Below are positions 35,301 to 43,521 of a stretch of 64,000 nt of DNA, one piece after another; positions within the stretch are counted from its first letter, which is position 1, and the number at the start of each line of letters is the position of its first letter. Source of the stretch: Phoronis australis (Eukaryota; Animalia; Phoronida); contig NMRA01000103.1 in NCBI GenBank assembly GCA_002633005.1, forward strand, positions 651,612 through 715,611. The letters are read 5' to 3'. Below the pieces are notes generated by a model. The model saw only the letters and a list, made by a program, of their open reading frames with translations, searched no databases and was not told the DNA's origin. Made by a program: the position numbers and the translations under genes.

Positions 35301-38300
35301 ACGCTTTCGGGATTCCGAAATACATGGGAACGCAACAATTGTGTCAACAGGTTATCAAATTTGGACAAGACCAATAGACTGATAAGTGTACCACGTAATA
35401 CAAAAATAAGATAAATCTTTTTGTAAAAACACAAGTAGTATAGAGTTCATTTTTCCACACATAAATGCCAAGCCGACACCAATTACTATGGAGGACATTA
35501 TCAATTTTGTGGTAAAAAACACATTTTGGGGATTATCTATAAATGGGAAAAGCCTCTTGAAGTTTCTAGCTTTAACCAGAACTACAAAACCTGTTTTCGT
35601 GGTTTTATTACGAATAGCATTTTCTGTCGTATTCCAGCCACTCGCTGAAATCAAGCCTGATGACTTTACCAGCTAAATATGCTTTATATACTCTGCCATT
35701 TATCGAATGGCGCTAAGCTGGAGAGCGTAAGACTACGACAGCGAGGGTTGCAGGTTCGATTCTGTACTGAAGCTGATCCCAGAAAATCACTTTTTTCTGA
35801 AAATTACTTTTTTCTTGTTGATGATGTTCCTTTAAAGTTCCAAGCAGCTCCACCATTAATTGTTCGTGAATTGTGGAGGAAGCCAACGTTTTGTTTCTTT
35901 AACGTGTTGAGTTGGCATTCCTAGCTACACACAAAAAAAACGTGGGCTGAATAGAGGTCATTGATAGCTTGAACGGTAAAATTCAATGACGCCAACTCAA
36001 TGTACTCAAGTTTTTATCCGCTCGACCAAGTTTACGCTGTGTGGGACTTTTAAGCCGCTATAAACTCCCGTCCATCCTACAAACCTAGCTTTTGATTGAG
36101 ACATCTTACGGACTGTAAGAAATTGACCTCAGTTTGTGTGTTAACTAGAATCAGAGACAATATCTGAGCTAAGAAAGAACTGACAGTCCATTACTGCTCG
36201 GGACCACAATAAATAACTCAGCTTGTGGAGACCGTTACTTTATACACATGGCTTAACAAAATGTCAGTACTTCCCAAACTCAGAAAGCACTTCTCGGCTG
36301 ATCTCCAAATAGTTACGAACTGTTTTTAAAATTATCTATTTTTGCTAGAGGGGCTATCTTAAAAATAGGACTTGCATTATTTTCATGGAAAAACACAAGT
36401 TGCGTTTAAAACAAAAACAAAATGACAAATCAAAAAATATGTGGCCACATAAAAACTGTAACAGAACTTTCAAGATGAAATCTTGAACATTTAAATTCAA
36501 TAAAATTTGGTTAGATTACTGAAGCCATTGTTTTGCTATGAATGCAACGTTTTTTGCTAAATTTAAATAAAAAGGCACGGTCACATGACCTGATCAAAGG
36601 CAAGTTAGGTCAAAAATCAATTTTTACAGGCTTTCTGCGACCAGAAAATATACTTTTAGCCAGTTACATTTTACAATTTTGAATGCACGGACTTGCCAAT
36701 AACGTCCCACATTATATTTAGAAAACAGAAAGGATCGACAGTACAAAGGCTTCATTTGAAAGTTAACTAAAATGATTTCCAGTTATAGGGTTAAGGTGTG
36801 ACATCTACAAGACACGTGACGTGGTTAGACAACCGATGGTTTTCAAAAGTCATATGACTCATGCGCATATCAAGTCACAGATCCAACACCTAAAGTCGAC
36901 TTGCAATTAGGTGATTGAGACCATTAGAAGTCCCTACACGGGGTGTTGCCTCATGCGATCTTACGTTTCCGCCGAAGCCTAGCCAGCGTCCGTTCGCGGT
37001 CTAAACTTTGCGCCCGGGAGACAGTGTCAGCTTCAACAGAAGTCAAATTCAAATGAGGAAAAATAAAACCGTCAGTCTCACGGGATCCACTCCGCCTTGT
37101 GAAATATTTATAACCCCTGGAGTGCAACTGCACTCACATGACCCGTAACAAGTGAGCAAATTCTCTAGGTAACTATCGAAACCAAAATAAACAAGGAAAC
37201 ATTAACATTGAAACTAATATCACCCACCCACCAACCCACCCACGGGAAAAGCATTTCTGCTGAAAAAGAGATCTGCAAGTATCCCTAGCCTCAGAACACT
37301 GGAAAGCGAGATAAAAAGGTGTTTCACATAAAGAAAGTTTTTGTACGTCGCAAAACGAGCAGATCAAAGCAGCCTAGTTGAGCATTAATTTATTCTAACT
37401 AAAATCAAAACACAATTTGCAGAACGTTGGGAGAGCTAAGAACAAATGAAGTAAAATAAAATTTCTGAAAAATTTAATTCGAGTTAAATTTTAGCAAGAA
37501 TGTGTAGTATAATTCTTCTAGATTTTTCTTATTCTATAAGGGTAACAGTGATTTATATTTTTATTATTAAACCACAGCCCGTTCACCTACCTGCAATGTA
37601 AGGGTCAGACAAGGTACCATTGCGACTCAGTTTGGATTTTAGTTCAACTATCTCCATGTCTCGGTCGTTCAATCGGGTCTTCAATTCATTGATTTGAGAC
37701 TGTGGAGATAAAACACACAAGTGTGATGTCAATTCATCAAACGTTAGGAACAGATTTACGTGAATAGAAGGGCTGTTATTTCCTCTAATACCTTCTACTT
37801 TGTGACTCAAAAGCCTGCGCTCGCCTCAGTGACCGACTTCCGAGAGTGGATTCATGTTATATGGCAACTCATAATTTGTCACACATCAAAATTTTCAAAA
37901 TGTCACAATGACGTCTCAAATGCCACAGTTTTTGGTGCTTTTTGTGTACATGAGTCACATCAACTTAGCTTTTATCACATAAAAGCGAGACACTATATTT
38001 AATAGTGATAATGATAAATTCTATAACTTGTGAAAAAATGAACTACCACTTGATGCAGTAGAAAATACCTGCAAACCCACCGGCACATCAACAAACTACT
38101 AGGCTGACATTTTGTCACAGGATTCTTAAATGTCACAAAATATCATAGAATTTAAGGCAAGCATGTTTTATCACAGAATGTCACCATGTTTCAGAGAATC
38201 CAGTCTCGGCAATTTCTGACCCATGTCTTTTTCCAAAGAACGCCAACTAAAGACAGGGTCAGTTGACATTTGAAAAAAAGAGACAGAACATTGAGCATTT

Positions 38301-41300
38301 AAAAAGGTATCAAATAATACAATAGGTGCCGTTATTGACAATGCTTTGACACTCCACTGTTAAATTCGCCCGTTTTCTCCTCTTAAGCATTGATCCAGGA
38401 CCAAAACTAAACGTTCATATCAACTGACAGACACTTCTCAAATCTACAACATGGGAATGAAAATCCCTATAAATTTGTCATGGTACACATGACTACAATC
38501 TTGATTATACGTAAGACATGAATGATGAAAACAAGGTATGGTAACTTGCATAGCCTAATACCATGTTCACACCGAAGCGGTTACAGTCAGTTTAAAGGTT
38601 GTCACTCTTGGTCTGAACACTTTAAAACCTNCATTGAAACTAATATCACCCACCCACCCACCCATTCACCTACCCACGGGAAAAGAATTTCTGCTGAAAA
38701 AGAAACCTGCAATCATACCTAGACTCAGAACACTGGAAAGCGAGATGAAAAGGTGTTTCACATAAAGGAAGTTTCTGTACTTTGCAGAATGAGCAGATCA
38801 AAGCAGCCTAGTTGAGCATTACTTTATTCTAACCAAAATCAAACCACAACTTGCGGCACATTGGGAGAGCTATAAACAAATGAAGTAAAATAAAATTTCT
38901 GAAAAAATATAATTCGAGTTAAATTTTAGCAAGACTGTGTAGTATAGTTCTGCTTGACTTTTCTTATTCTATAATGGCAACAGTGATTTATATTTTTATT
39001 ATTAAACCACAGCCAGTTCACCTACCTGCAATGTAAGGGTCCGACAAGGTGCCATTGCGACTCAGTTTGGACTTTAGTTCAACTATCTCCATGTCTCGGT
39101 CGTTCAATCGGGTCTTCAATTCGTTGATTTGAGACTGCGGAGATAAAACACACAAGTGCGATGTCAATGCATCAGACGTTTGGAAAAGATTTATGAGAAT
39201 AGAAGGGCTGTTATTTCCTCTAATACCTTCTACTTTGTGACTCAAAAGCCTGCGCTCGCCTCACTGACCGACTTCCGAGAGTGGATTCACGTTATATGGC
39301 AACTCATAATTTGTCACACATCAAAATTTTCAAAATGTCACAATGACGTCTCAAATGCCACAGTTTTTGGTGCTTTTTGTGTACATGAGTCACATCAACT
39401 TAGCTTTTATCACATAAAAGCGAGACACTATATTTAATAATGATAATGATAAATTCTATAACTTGTGAAAAAATGAACCACCACTTGATGCAGTAGAAAA
39501 TACCTGCAAACCCACCGGCACATCAACAAACTACTAGGCTGACATTTTGTCACAGGATTCTTAAATGTCACAAAATATCATAGAATTTAAGGCAAGCATG
39601 TTTTATCACAGAATGTCACCATGTTTCAGAGAATCCAGTCTCGGCAATTTCTGACCCATGTCTTTTTCCAAAGAACGCCAACTAAAGACAGGGTCAGTTG
39701 ACATTTGAAAAAAAGAGACAGAACATTGAGCATTTAAAAAGGTATCAAATAATACAATAGGTGCCGTTAGTGACAATGCTTTGACACTCCACTGTTAAAT
39801 CCACCCGTTTTCTCCTGTTAAGCATTGATCCAGGACCAAAACTAAACGTTCATATCAACTGACGGACACTTCTCAAATCAACAACATGGGAATGAAAATC
39901 CCTATAAATTTGTCATGGTACACATGACTACAATCTTGATTATACGCAAGACATGAATGATGAAAACAAGGTATGGTAACTTGCATAGCCTAATACCATG
40001 TTCACACAGAAGCGGTTACAGTCAGTTTAAAGGTTGTCACTCTTGGTCTGAACACTTTAAAACCTGGTTTAAAAGGTGTAACTGTAGAGCAGTTGAGGAT
40101 GGTTTAAATAGCAAGTGGTCATAACTGTTGAAATTCTGTGTGAACATGGCAGTTGCAAAAGTTACAACTCAGTAGGTGGCACTGCTGCCAAATCTCTTTG
40201 CCAACAATGGATCATCAACTGGAGTGAATCAGAAAGCTATGTAGAACTCAGACAACTGAAACCACAAACTAGGGTTTTAACTGAGAGCGCGATCAGTAAC
40301 GATTACATAACAGTCATACCAAAAGAGTTACAACAGAAGCGTGTTCAATAGAGTGAGCGCCCGCGAGCGATTTGAGCGCCCTCGTCCTGAACAGCTGTGT
40401 TCACGTTAGCGCTCGCGAGCCCTCGAGAACAACCTCGAGAGCATGTTCGCTTAGATTTCCAAGATGGCGTCCTGCGAAGGCTTCACGTCTGGAACATATG
40501 AACCCATTATGGTTCTGCAACACGAAAACTAACCTCAAAAGTTGACCGACTCATCCGAAACTGCGACTTAAATTGCGGGTCGCGCTGTAGCGAGGAACAG
40601 TTTCCTCGACGTAATTTTCGATTCTTGTCGGGCCAAAGCCTTCACGGTTGTTGTCTTGGGCTGCCGATATTAATAATTATTGGCAAAGATTAATCATATT
40701 TATTGCTCAGTACGCCATAGGAAGGACTGTTAGTGTTAAGCTCATCGGCTAAGATGTTCAACACAATCTGCTTCAGAGTCGCCATACTGGATCGCACAGT
40801 GAGCGCTCACAGCTGTTCAGAGCTGTTCCTTGTGTTCGCGAGTACACGCAAGCGGGCGCTCACTCTGTTGAACACGCTTCTGGTCTGAACACAACTTTAG
40901 GCCATTCCAAGAATGTGTCTTGAACAAAGATGACAACAATGGATGGCAAAAATGGCTCAGAAAAATAAAACCTCCTTTACCTGCAACTTCGAATACTCAA
41001 CAGGATGAATGAAAATGATAGCCATATTGTGTTTAAAGGTAACATTTACGAAGACAATGCATCGATACTGTTAACATTAGCTCTTGAGAGAGACTTAACG
41101 CTGGGGACAAATCACAGTGACTTTATTCGATAGGAAATAACAAAAACAAATAATTAGGAAAATGAAAAGCCAACAGCAAGTTGATTCGTCAGGGACAACG
41201 AAAACAACTAATTAGGAAATTACTAACCGCAGGAAAGGGCAAAAAGAAAACATAGAGCCAAGTTGAGTGGTCCCCAGGCAATTGACAAGTTAAGTATCAA

Positions 41301-43521
41301 GCTCTGTCAGGCGCGACAGATTTATTGTTCAGATGACATAGCGAAAGAAAACAAAAGTACAAAACAGATATCACTCTAAACTGAACGAGGCAACACTAAA
41401 ATTTGAAATTTCGTGATTGAATACAATGGCGCAAGGACATACTATAAGGGGTGAATCAGAAAATGTAGAGCACTGACAACTGGTGACCAAAACCACAAAC
41501 TAGGGTTACTTATACAACACTTTTAACTGCCAGAGACCCCAGTGTGAACTATAGAGTTGCAACCAGGTTTAGTTGGTCTTCACACAGCTTATGATTACCA
41601 TAAACAAACAATTATTTTTAGAAAAAAGTTCACTGATGAAAAAGTGTAAAAACTTGGGTGAAGTGACATGTCTCCAATGAAGTGAACCATACCACTCGAG
41701 GGCAAATGTTTATTCCAGTTCAAGTCATACCAAGGATCATAACATCAACAAACTCTCCCCGCAGTTCACTTGAGGAGAACTTGCCCAAGATGGTTTTCCT
41801 GTAAACACTTGTGTCAAACACTTATGCAGATGCCCATGTTACAATAATTTTTCACATTAAACCAGGCAAAAAGTGGAATTTTAATTTGACAATTTCTTAA
41901 CAAAAAATAAGAATGACCTTGGTCAATGACACCATTACGGGCACGGCGTGGCCGTATTTTTTTCTCAAAAAAAATGGATCCTTTGCGGCAAGGTATCAAT
42001 CCTTCATCTTGTCAAATATGACAATCATTTTTGAGCAGAAGTGCTAAAGCAATAAGTAATGTTTTATTACGGCATAATACAGTCCAACTAGTCCCACGCT
42101 CAAATTCCAAAATTTGAAGCCCTTCAAAGCTTCAAGCAGGTAAACTCAAAATCAAAATCACAAACTTTAAACTCGATAAATCAATTTAGTGAAGGTGAAT
42201 CTCATTGTTACAGCAAGTAACGAACTCTATTCCGTCCATGGTTTTATCGCAGTAATTAGAAATGCTAACTCTCCGTATAATATAACCAAAACATTTTGTC
42301 ATCAACAAAATAGCTGCCGGGGGAAAAACTGCACGCCCATGGTGTTTCTGACTGTTTTCAGGCAGACAACACAACATATACAAAGGTTACTCCAAGACTT
42401 AATTAGTGATAGAAACGACAGCACTTCTCATTTCAAGCCTCCTGCTGTGAAACCCTGCTGAATTAAGTTTAAAACTGTCCTTGAACCAGCATTCAAAACC
42501 ACTGTCTCAGTGCGATGGAATAGAGTTCAATTCAGGTCAGAACTGTCGACAAAGTGTCAAGCCTTATGCACTCCACACACTTCCTGGGTACCAGTACCAC
42601 CAGCACAGAACTTAAAAAAATTTCAGATCAGCAGAACAAAATCACCTGTAAATTAGCTGAGAGGAAAAAGAAAATAATGCGTTTATCAGAAAGGCATGAG
42701 CACTTTCTCACCACCCAGCCACTAAATAAACACACAGAGCCATAAATAAACCTTCAAGGAGATTTTCTAGAAGAGCAGTTCAGTCAATTAACAACTCTTG
42801 TACAGGTGTTATGGGTCAGTGCAAGCACAAGACCTCAGCTTGCACTAAGTAGGCCCTAACAATGGACACTGTTATCTTGACCAGAAAATCAATGTTGCCA
42901 TTGTATTGGATCACACCACATAACATGGTATGGTACTCCAGAGTAAACACTGCATTGTGTGAGCCCCACTGCCTATCAAGTCTGATACTCCACTGTAAAC
43001 ATTGAATTTTGTGGTCAGCAGTGAGCCTCTTATTCAGGATCATTCTGCTGCTATCTGCCACCAATGAACAAATGTTATCTCAGGGTTCTGTCAGACCAAA
43101 GTACCGTACACCAGTTGTCAGTACAATCTTGAAAACATGAACATGCCAACAGGAACCAACTGAACATCGTACAGTCTCGGTAAAACCCTCGTGGTCTGTG
43201 CAGTGGTCATCAAACAACAGCCGGAGAAATTATAAGGAACTAATGACAACATTCAGGCATTTTTTTAAAATTGAAGAATGTTTAATGTCAAAATTGAGAA
43301 AAAGTTGCTGTACTTAGCAAAGAGCGCAATTTACGTTGTGTAGCAAGAGTGAAACAAACCAGTTCCATACTACAAGTAGTGACACCTACCTGAGCGTGAT
43401 CGTAGCGCTCCATCATGTCTCGTCGATCTCGCTCGGCCGTGGCCAGCCTCAGTTTGAGGCTGGAGATCTCCGCCATCATGTCGAGCTTGTGGGTTTCAAG
43501 CGAGGACTTGTTGAGCAGCTC
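11266..43521 (-). CDS. PPFIBP1: Liprin-beta (PTPRF-interacting protein binding protein, PPFIBP1/2 co-orthologue); spliced CDS, 5'-partial, 17 exons, ~745 aa in window
   Basis: Manual splice reconstruction with all GT-AG junctions phase-compatible; total 2238 nt = 746 codons including stop. Family motifs: ELLNKSSLETHKLDMMAEISSLKL, EKLKKAVETLMIANDEKERKIDEL, SSFGKGFFK..SSSAPNLA, FKRGGVRATAGARLGWS, SAM1 PFARWDTERISMWL, SAM2 RWLDDIGLPQYK, SAM3 WTNHRVMEWLRTIDLSEYAPNLRGSG, KTLLRRHL. Confidence 0.95.
12075..12573. mobile_element. hAT-like non-autonomous element with 6-bp TSD ACATCT
   Basis: TIR CAGGGCTTGGAAT / ATTCCAAGCCTTG, repeated subterminal CGCGGAAA motifs, ACATCT duplicated on both sides. Confidence 0.8.
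13079..13207. repeat. Perfect 42-bp tandem repeat, three copies
   Basis: ATGGCAAGTGATATTTAAACACTTCACAGTGGTAACTTAGGA repeated three times. Confidence 0.95.
13212..13485. mobile_element. MITE with GGCCNGTTTCATGAA TIRs (PIF/Harbinger-like ends)
   Basis: TGGCCGGTTCCATGAA...TTCATGAAACAGGCCA; homologous copies at ~25494-25782 and, inverted, at ~30050-30275. Confidence 0.7.
13697..13725 (-). CDS. Candidate 29-nt alternative microexon with in-frame stop (TTEA*)
   Basis: CACTAAC branch point, TTTGTGCTTTCAG acceptor, ATG|GTATGC donor; phase 0 reads ACG ACA GAA GCA TGA TAG. Confidence 0.55.
14958..15008 (-). CDS. PPFIBP1: Liprin-beta exon (EPLKQYSALSKEVNTLT)
   Basis: TTCACAG acceptor, ACG|GTAAGT donor, 51 nt, phase 0-0; resembles the liprin-beta S-x-x-I-N-x-L-T C-terminal block. 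Confidence 0.8.
15546..15701 (-). CDS. PPFIBP1: Liprin-beta exon (RRGIFNKRGRSSTEPDDFLCPPVIE...LGKNK)
   Basis: TTTTCTTTTACAG acceptor, AAG|GTAAGT donor, 156 nt, phase 0-0. Confidence 0.88.
16120..16290 (-). CDS. PPFIBP1: Liprin-beta exon, SAM3 C-terminal part (ILEDRFSVENLAAILSIPANKTLLRRHLSTHF...SAKVK)
   Basis: TCTCGCAG acceptor, AAG|GTCAGC donor, 171 nt, phase 0-0. Confidence 0.92.
16781..16909 (-). CDS. PPFIBP1: Liprin-beta exon, SAM3 N-terminal part (LTPPTSSEVLLWTNHRVMEWLRTIDLSEYAPNLRGSGIHGAFM)
   Basis: GTTTAG acceptor, ATG|GTGCGT donor, 129 nt, phase 0-0. Confidence 0.95.
17541..17755 (-). CDS. PPFIBP1: Liprin-beta exon, SAM2 (WLDDIGLPQYKDVFSEARVDGRMLNHLTVDDLL...LQRRAAPGE)
   Basis: TTTTAG acceptor, GAG|GTGAGT donor, 215 nt, phase 1-0. 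Confidence 0.95.
17922..17965 (-). ncRNA. Minimal hammerhead-like motif in the opposite PLE arm (variant core)
   Basis: AGCTT-TCGAAGA-T-GGCTGCT(GTG)AGTAGCC-GAAA-CTGTC-AAGGT. Confidence 0.6.
18311..18354 (+). ncRNA. Minimal type I hammerhead-like motif in the PLE arm (variant core)
   Basis: AGCTT-CCGAAGA-T-GGCTGCT(GTG)AGTAGTC-GAAA-CTGTC-AAGGT. Confidence 0.6.
19312..19574 (-). CDS. PPFIBP1: Liprin-beta exon, SAM1 (LLNVPFARWDTERISMWL...LLSHEWVT)
   Basis: TTCCAG acceptor, CAC|GTAAGT donor, 263 nt, phase 2-1; contains EKELGIKNVLHRKKLQLAL. Confidence 0.95.
19910..20035 (-). CDS. PPFIBP1: Liprin-beta exon (MRRSSSQDLETEEDKPAPFKRGGVRATAGARLGWSSEVRVN)
   Basis: CCTCAG acceptor, TGA|GTAAGT donor, 126 nt, phase 2-2; carries the FKRGGxRATAGxRLGWS signature, in a frame not shown in the ORF track. 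Confidence 0.93.
21662..21767 (-). CDS. PPFIBP1: Liprin-beta exon (AQTECATTDDEDPNSVHPKVKPEKKKSKGIKRFFGR)
   Basis: TCTCTCCAG acceptor, AAG|GTACGA donor, 106 nt, phase 1-2; KKKSxGIxxxFG motif. Confidence 0.9.
23670..23950. repeat. Dispersed repeat; inverted homologue at ~36420-36690
   Basis: AGAAAGCCTGTAGAATTTGAATTTTGA...GGTCACGTGACC matches the reverse complement of GGTCACATGACC...TCAAAAATCAATTTTTACAGGCTTTCT. Confidence 0.5.
24337..24518. mobile_element. Small MITE carrying CCAAT and GC-box motifs
   Basis: 15-bp TIR CAATTGACCTATTGC / GCGATAGGTCAATTG; internal GACCAATCAG and GGGGCGGAGC. Confidence 0.55.
24638..25400 (+). mobile_element. Helentron/HINE (DINE-1-like) non-autonomous element
   Basis: Three diverged internal units (..AAGTTTCA..GAAA...AGATATC at ~24840, ~25020 and ~25160) followed by an ACAG/GCAG/ACGG microsatellite at 25366-25396, the usual HINE layout; boundaries approximate. 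Confidence 0.5.
25420..25440 (-). CDS. Candidate 21-nt symmetric microexon ((G)WQSEDE)
   Basis: TTAATTTTCTTTTGTGGCCCGTCTTTCTGTAG acceptor, AAG|GTAAAT donor, phase 1-1 inside a phase-1 intron, no stop. Confidence 0.5.
25494..25782. mobile_element. Second copy of the 13212-13485 MITE family
   Basis: Shares ATGAAAAGTGATT(T)AAGACTTAAGTCAGAAATTTGGT and AAGACCAAATTT...CATGAAACAGG. Confidence 0.7.
28425..28512. repeat. Short palindromic dispersed repeat (copies at ~52976-53070 and ~54473-54550)
   Basis: TTTTGAGAACC...GGAGAAAACT(A/G)GTTCTCAAAATGCG...GACTATTAC shared between copies. Confidence 0.6.
28700..28856 (-). CDS. PPFIBP1: Liprin-beta exon (TPPAINKEAFGGSLPRDHINRVNSKKSRGSSFGKGFFKLKHASKWSSSAPNL)
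   Basis: TTTCCAG acceptor, TAG|GTGATG donor, 157 nt, phase 0-1; SSFGxGFFK and SAPNL motifs. Confidence 0.92.
28956..29189 (-). mobile_element. tRNA-derived SINE, near full length
   Basis: Minus strand begins GGCAGTGTGGCCTGGTTGA (A box)...GGTTCGAATCCC (B box) and ends GACCGCCTGCAATTATTTTTTT; second copy at 46569-46740. Confidence 0.75.
29618..29745 (-). CDS. PPFIBP1: Liprin-beta linker exon (VHYGSNGTNGHSPAPSTINISPTPKKPVVKSTSCEDIAPTAPK)
   Basis: TCTTTGTAG acceptor, AAG|GTAAGT donor, 128 nt, phase 1-0. Confidence 0.85.
29757..29990. repeat. 17-bp minisatellite (TATGGACGGCAGTAGGT)n with an internal inversion
   Basis: About 11 diverged direct units plus an inverted block at 29840-29868. Confidence 0.9.
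30050..30275. mobile_element. Degenerate inverted copy of the same MITE family
   Basis: GAGTCTTAAATCACTTTTCA at ~30252-30271 and AGACTTAACATAAATTTGGT at ~30074-30093. Confidence 0.5.
31199..31307 (-). CDS. PPFIBP1: Liprin-beta linker exon (EPQRAHMELFIHEHPTATKTTQKVN[GMPYPTATSTP]); two alternative donors
   Basis: TCTTGTAG acceptor, phase 0. Phase-1 donors at 31232 (ATG|GTATGC) and 31199 (CCG|GTAGGC). A phase 0-1 exon is required to bridge its neighbours. Confidence 0.75.
31883..31983 (-). CDS. PPFIBP1: Liprin-beta linker exon (GVESAQLDEDNRSDSSSAPSLPEPVRLPEATPAK)
   Basis: TACAG acceptor, AAG|GTGAGA donor, 101 nt, phase 1-0. Confidence 0.85.
32348..32435. repeat. 28-bp tandem repeat, about three copies, overlapping an exon donor
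   Basis: CCAGTTTAACACCAAACCCCCC(C/T)CTCAC units at 32373-32400 and 32401-32428 plus a partial third. Confidence 0.9.
32429..32578 (-). CDS. PPFIBP1: Liprin-beta exon (VEVEKLKKAVETLMIANDEKERKIDELMKMMLQYRQREEMILQGQGRKL)
   Basis: TTTTCAG acceptor, TGG|GTGAGA donor, 150 nt, phase 1-1; conserved liprin-beta coiled-coil block. Confidence 0.93.
34197..34460. mobile_element. Degenerate relative of the 12075-12573 element
   Basis: Ends in GGAAAATTCCAAGCCCTG; has GACCAATGACAAAAAAGAGGAAA near the left end and GAGGAAA subterminal repeats. Confidence 0.5.
35708..35770 (+). pseudogene. Degenerate tRNA-like segment (SINE head or pseudo-tRNA, Arg-ACG-like)
   Basis: TGGCGCTAAGCTGG A box, GACTACGA anticodon-like loop, GGTTCGATTC B box; no intact acceptor stem. 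Confidence 0.35.
36965..37030 (-). CDS. PPFIBP1: Liprin-beta exon, possibly a cassette ((A)DTVSRAQSLDRERTLARLRRK(H))
   Basis: Pyrimidine tract plus AAG acceptor, AAC|GTAAGA donor, 66 nt, phase 1-1; charged coiled-coil-like peptide leading into VEVEKLKKAVE. Confidence 0.7.
37591..37699 (-). CDS. PPFIBP1: Liprin-beta exon, copy B (same peptide as 39026-39134)
   Basis: CTCCACAG acceptor, GCAG|GTAGGT donor, 109 nt, phase 0-1; four synonymous differences from copy A. Confidence 0.8.
39026..39134 (-). CDS. PPFIBP1: Liprin-beta exon, copy A (SQINELKTRLNDRDMEIVELKSKLSRNGTLSDPYIA)
   Basis: CTCCGCAG acceptor, GCAG|GTAGGT donor, 109 nt, phase 0-1; lies inside the 1.43-kb duplication. Confidence 0.8.
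40334..40882. mobile_element. 549-bp GC-rich TIR element, superfamily unclear
   Basis: 31-bp TIR CAGAAGCGTGTTCAA(T/C)AGAGTGAGCGCCCGC with one mismatch, plus inner imperfect inverted repeats; no TSD seen. Confidence 0.75.
43390..43521 (-). CDS. PPFIBP1: Liprin-beta exon, coiled coil (ELLNKSSLETHKLDMMAEISSLKLRLATAERDRRDMMERYDHAQ)
   Basis: TCCCTGTAG acceptor, CAG|GTAGGT donor, 132 nt, phase 0-0; resembles the liprin-beta ELLSRTSLETQKLDLMAE segment. Confidence 0.93.

Larger units (their letters stand above)
37206..40065. repeat. 1.43-kb tandem duplication (37206-38630 and 38632-40065) joined at a single N
   Basis: Both copies run CATTGAAACTAATATCACC...ACACTTTAAAACCT, with N at 38631 exactly at the junction. 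Confidence 0.95.

Noticed and set aside
35708-35775. Functional tRNA gene
   Set aside because: The acceptor and anticodon stems do not pair; kept only as a degenerate tRNA-like segment.
40981-40995. 15-nt phase-0 microexon (YSKLQ)
   Set aside because: The donor is good, but it requires a rare GAG acceptor; insufficient support.
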